Of a stretch of 64,000 nucleotides of DNA, positions 61,483 to 64,000 are shown in pieces. The translations under genes and the position numbers were made by a program. Numbering within the stretch: position 1 is the first letter of the stretch; every line of letters starts with the position of its first letter. The stretch covers positions 1-64,000 of IMG/VR virus record IMGVR_UViG_3300044613_002638; one strand, 5' to 3'. The notes beneath the pieces were generated by a model. That model was not told the DNA's origin. It did no database searches and saw nothing but the letters and a program-made list of their open reading frames with translations. Source of the stretch: a virus.

Positions 61483-63225
61483 ATGGGATTTCCTAGCAGT
61501 CCAACAAACGGTCAACAGGTAGTAGTCAACAATATTACCTACATCTATAACAGTTCTAAAACTGCGTGGTTGAGATTAAGTACTCCTGGTGTACCCTTAA
61601 GTGCCAATAGTTTAGTTTTAACTAGTCCTAATGTGTCAATCAGTACCACTTCTGGTGCACTTATAGTTACTGGCGGTGCTGGTATTGGTGGCAACTTACA
61701 CGCTGACAGGTACTATACTCACAACGGTCTTTATTGGGCTAATAATAACGAAAGCATCCTCGGTGGCCTAAACTATGGTAACACTGAAGTAGCAGCATAC
61801 CTTGATTCGCAAAAAATTACAAGTGCAAATATTGGTGGTAGTCAAATATTTGCTAATGCAAATGCTGCTGTGCAGGCAACATCAATAAATTCTATTAATG
61901 CAAATATAGGATCATTTCAGACCTACGCCAATTCTAAAATTGGCACAAACACTAATAGCAATTTAGTAGTTGTATCTACTACAAGTTCAACATCAAACGT
62001 TACAGGTGCCTTAGTGGTAGCCGGGGGCGCCGGGATAGCAGGTAACGTTTATGCAGGAAAAATTTATACCTCAGAAGGCTTATATTGGGCAGGCAACGGC
62101 AACGTTATAGTAACAGGAGGCGGCGGTGGCGGAGTATTTACAGCTAGCAACACAGCACCTGTTGCGCCAAATGAAAGTGATTTTTGGTATAAAATCTCAT
62201 CTGACATATTATTACAATATATTACTGATGGCACTAGTAGTTACTGGGTAGATGTACAAAGTCAAACTTTGTTTGCTAATACTGCCGGCACTATCACTGA
62301 ACTAGGTGAAACTACTATCACTGGCAATCTTATACCTTCGGCCAACATTACATACAATCTTGGTAGTAGTACATCAAGATTCAAAGATATATTTTTAAGC
62401 GGTAACACGATTGATCTAGGCGGCGCCACTATTAAAACACACAGTGACAGTGGTGCAATAGCTTTTATTCCATCTATCACTGCGACTAATCCCAATCCAA
62501 GTGCTGTGGTAATCACACCAGCTGGAACTATTACCTCAGTTGAAACTGTTGGCGGTGTGGTATCAGACGCAAATATTGGTGCTGCATCTAATGCGGCATC
62601 AGAATCTGGTACTACTATTTTTGGTAACATTACGGTTACTGGTAACGTCATTGCTGCAAATATAACCGCCAATTCTAATATAGTTGCTAACAAAATTACA
62701 ACCACTGTGGGAATTTTTTGGTCTAACGGTAATGCTTTTATATCAGGAAGTGGTGGCAGTGGAATAACCTACACAGCAAATACTGCTCCACCAACCACAG
62801 GCAACATTTCAGGTGATAAATGGTACAACACCAACAATGATGTGTTGTACGAATATCTAGATGATGGAACAACATCATACTGGATTGATATTCAAAGTCA
62901 AACTTTAGCAGCTAACACCTCTACGCAAGAAACATCAATAGCCACGATTAATGCGAATATTGGTGCATTTCAAAACTATGCTAACACAAAAATTGGAACA
63001 AACACAAATGGTAATTTAGTAGTTCAAACAACAACTAGTTCAATATCAACTACTACAGGCGCATTGGTTGTAGTAGGCGGCGTAGGGGTGGCCGGTAATG
63101 TAACTGCAGATAGATTTGCAACCACAACTGGTTTATTTTGGGCAAACGGAACAGCTTTCAGTTCGGGACTGAGCTCGGCACAAGTTAATGCTCGTATTTG
63201 GGCACAAAATGTATTTTGGGGATAA
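61483..63225 (+). CDS. Mosaic fibre protein
   Basis: MGFPSSPTNGQ start; three TGAL.V.GG.G..GN modules; two W..YW.D modules. Confidence 0.7.
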   Translation: MGFPSSPTNGQQVVVNNITYIYNSSKTAWLRLSTPGVPLSANSLVLTSPNVSISTTSGALIVTGGAGIGGNLHADRYYTHNGLYWANNNESILGGLNYGNTEVAAYLDSQKITSANIGGSQIFANANAAVQATSINSINANIGSFQTYANSKIGTNTNSNLVVVSTTSSTSNVTGALVVAGGAGIAGNVYAGKIYTSEGLYWAGNGNVIVTGGGGGGVFTASNTAPVAPNESDFWYKISSDILLQYITDGTSSYWVDVQSQTLFANTAGTITELGETTITGNLIPSANITYNLGSSTSRFKDIFLSGNTIDLGGATIKTHSDSGAIAFIPSITATNPNPSAVVITPAGTITSVETVGGVVSDANIGAASNAASESGTTIFGNITVTGNVIAANITANSNIVANKITTTVGIFWSNGNAFISGSGGSGITYTANTAPPTTGNISGDKWYNTNNDVLYEYLDDGTTSYWIDIQSQTLAANTSTQETSIATINANIGAFQNYANTKIGTNTNGNLVVQTTTSSISTTTGALVVVGGVGVAGNVTADRFATTTGLFWANGTAFSSGLSSAQVNARIWAQNVFWG

Positions 63226-63228
63226 AAA

Positions 63229-63585
63229 ATGGCAGCACCAAACTTAATTAATTCAACTACAGTATTAGGCAAACGAGCTTATGCCATATTAACAACATCA
63301 ATGGCTAATGTAATTACAAATGGCTCTACATCAGGTAATCTTATTAAGATTAGTGAAATGTCAATTTCTAATATTTCTTCATTGGCAATTCTTACTAATG
63401 TTGCAGTTGGTAGAGGTACAACACTATATTATTTGGCAGGAAATATTTCTGTGCCAGCTAATTCTATTTTAACGCTTGTATCAAGAGACAGTGCTTTTTA
63501 TATGGAAGAAGGAGATTATCTACAGGCCAATTCAAGTTCTGCTACAGCCGGGCATGTATCTGTATCTCATGAGGTAACATCGTAA
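63229..63585 (+). CDS. Small virion structural protein
   Basis: MAAPNL...ISVPA.S.L...YMEEGD. Confidence 0.65.
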   Translation: MAAPNLINSTTVLGKRAYAILTTSMANVITNGSTSGNLIKISEMSISNISSLAILTNVAVGRGTTLYYLAGNISVPANSILTLVSRDSAFYMEEGDYLQANSSSATAGHVSVSHEVTS

Positions 63586-64000
63586 TGCCCTTGATTAAAA
63601 GCAATTATGGTATCATTGGTAATACTGTAACTGTAAGTGATTCAACATCTGGTTTTTCTTCCAGTAGAATGGATCAACAGTTGTTGATTGCTGCAGGTAA
63701 ATGGCCTAAATGGAAAGTTCCTGCACCACTGGTTGAGTATCTTGTTGTAGCAGGCGGTGGCGGTGGTGGACATGGTGGTGCTGGTGCCGGTGGATTATTG
63801 ACAAGTAGTTTTAGCGCCGCGGCAGGAACAACATATACTGTAACAATTGGCGGTGGTGGTAACGGTGATTCTTCTCCTTACCCTGGTCCATACACAGCTA
63901 CAAATGGAACAGCGTCGTCGCTTGGTTCAATTACGGCCATTGGAGGTGGTAGAGGAGCTAGTTTTTCTCAAGGATCGCCGTACTCTGGGTGGCAAGGGGG
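63585..64000 (+). CDS. Glycine-rich adhesin-type protein, truncated by window edge; not in ORF track
   Basis: ATG overlaps the preceding TAA; MPLIKSNYG...VEYLVVAGGGGGG..GAGAGG...YTVTIGGGG, open to end. Confidence 0.75.
   Translation, partial: MPLIKSNYGIIGNTVTVSDSTSGFSSSRMDQQLLIAAGKWPKWKVPAPLVEYLVVAGGGGGGHGGAGAGGLLTSSFSAAAGTTYTVTIGGGGNGDSSPYPGPYTATNGTASSLGSITAIGGGRGASFSQGSPYSGWQG

Noticed and set aside
1-64000. Stop-codon reassignment, tRNA genes, inteins
   Set aside because: Core genes are full length in the standard code, and no cloverleafs or intein splice motifs were noticed by eye

Overview
This 64-kb AT-rich window comes from a large T4-related (myovirus-type) tailed phage and reads in the standard code. 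It has four blocks. (1) 1-31.5 kb, minus strand: a baseplate/tail operon (gp48/54-like, gp53, hub, gp5-like spike, gp25, gp6, a 4606-aa baseplate giant, fibre proteins) ending in three glycosyltransferase-like genes. (2) 31.6-39.4 kb, plus strand: late sigma factor gp55 and the gp47/gp46 nuclease pair, interleaved with two radical SAM enzymes, a methyltransferase and an SDR, then a small GIY-YIG nuclease. (3) 39.8-40.9 kb, minus strand: a gp26-like chaperone, divergent from a tape-measure-like gene. (4) 40.9-64 kb, plus strand: portal, protease, scaffold, major capsid and many repetitive fibre/adhesin genes. Best leads: a highly base-paired, pseudoknotted ~400-nt non-coding element starting at the GIY-YIG stop codon; an uncalled -1 frameshift (T TTT TTC) extending the gp26-like chaperone; a ~45-aa module inserted, sometimes nested, in several baseplate proteins; and glycosyltransferases coupled to virion proteins rich in an [A/G/S]-N motif. 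All assignments come from motif recognition by eye; no database searches were run.
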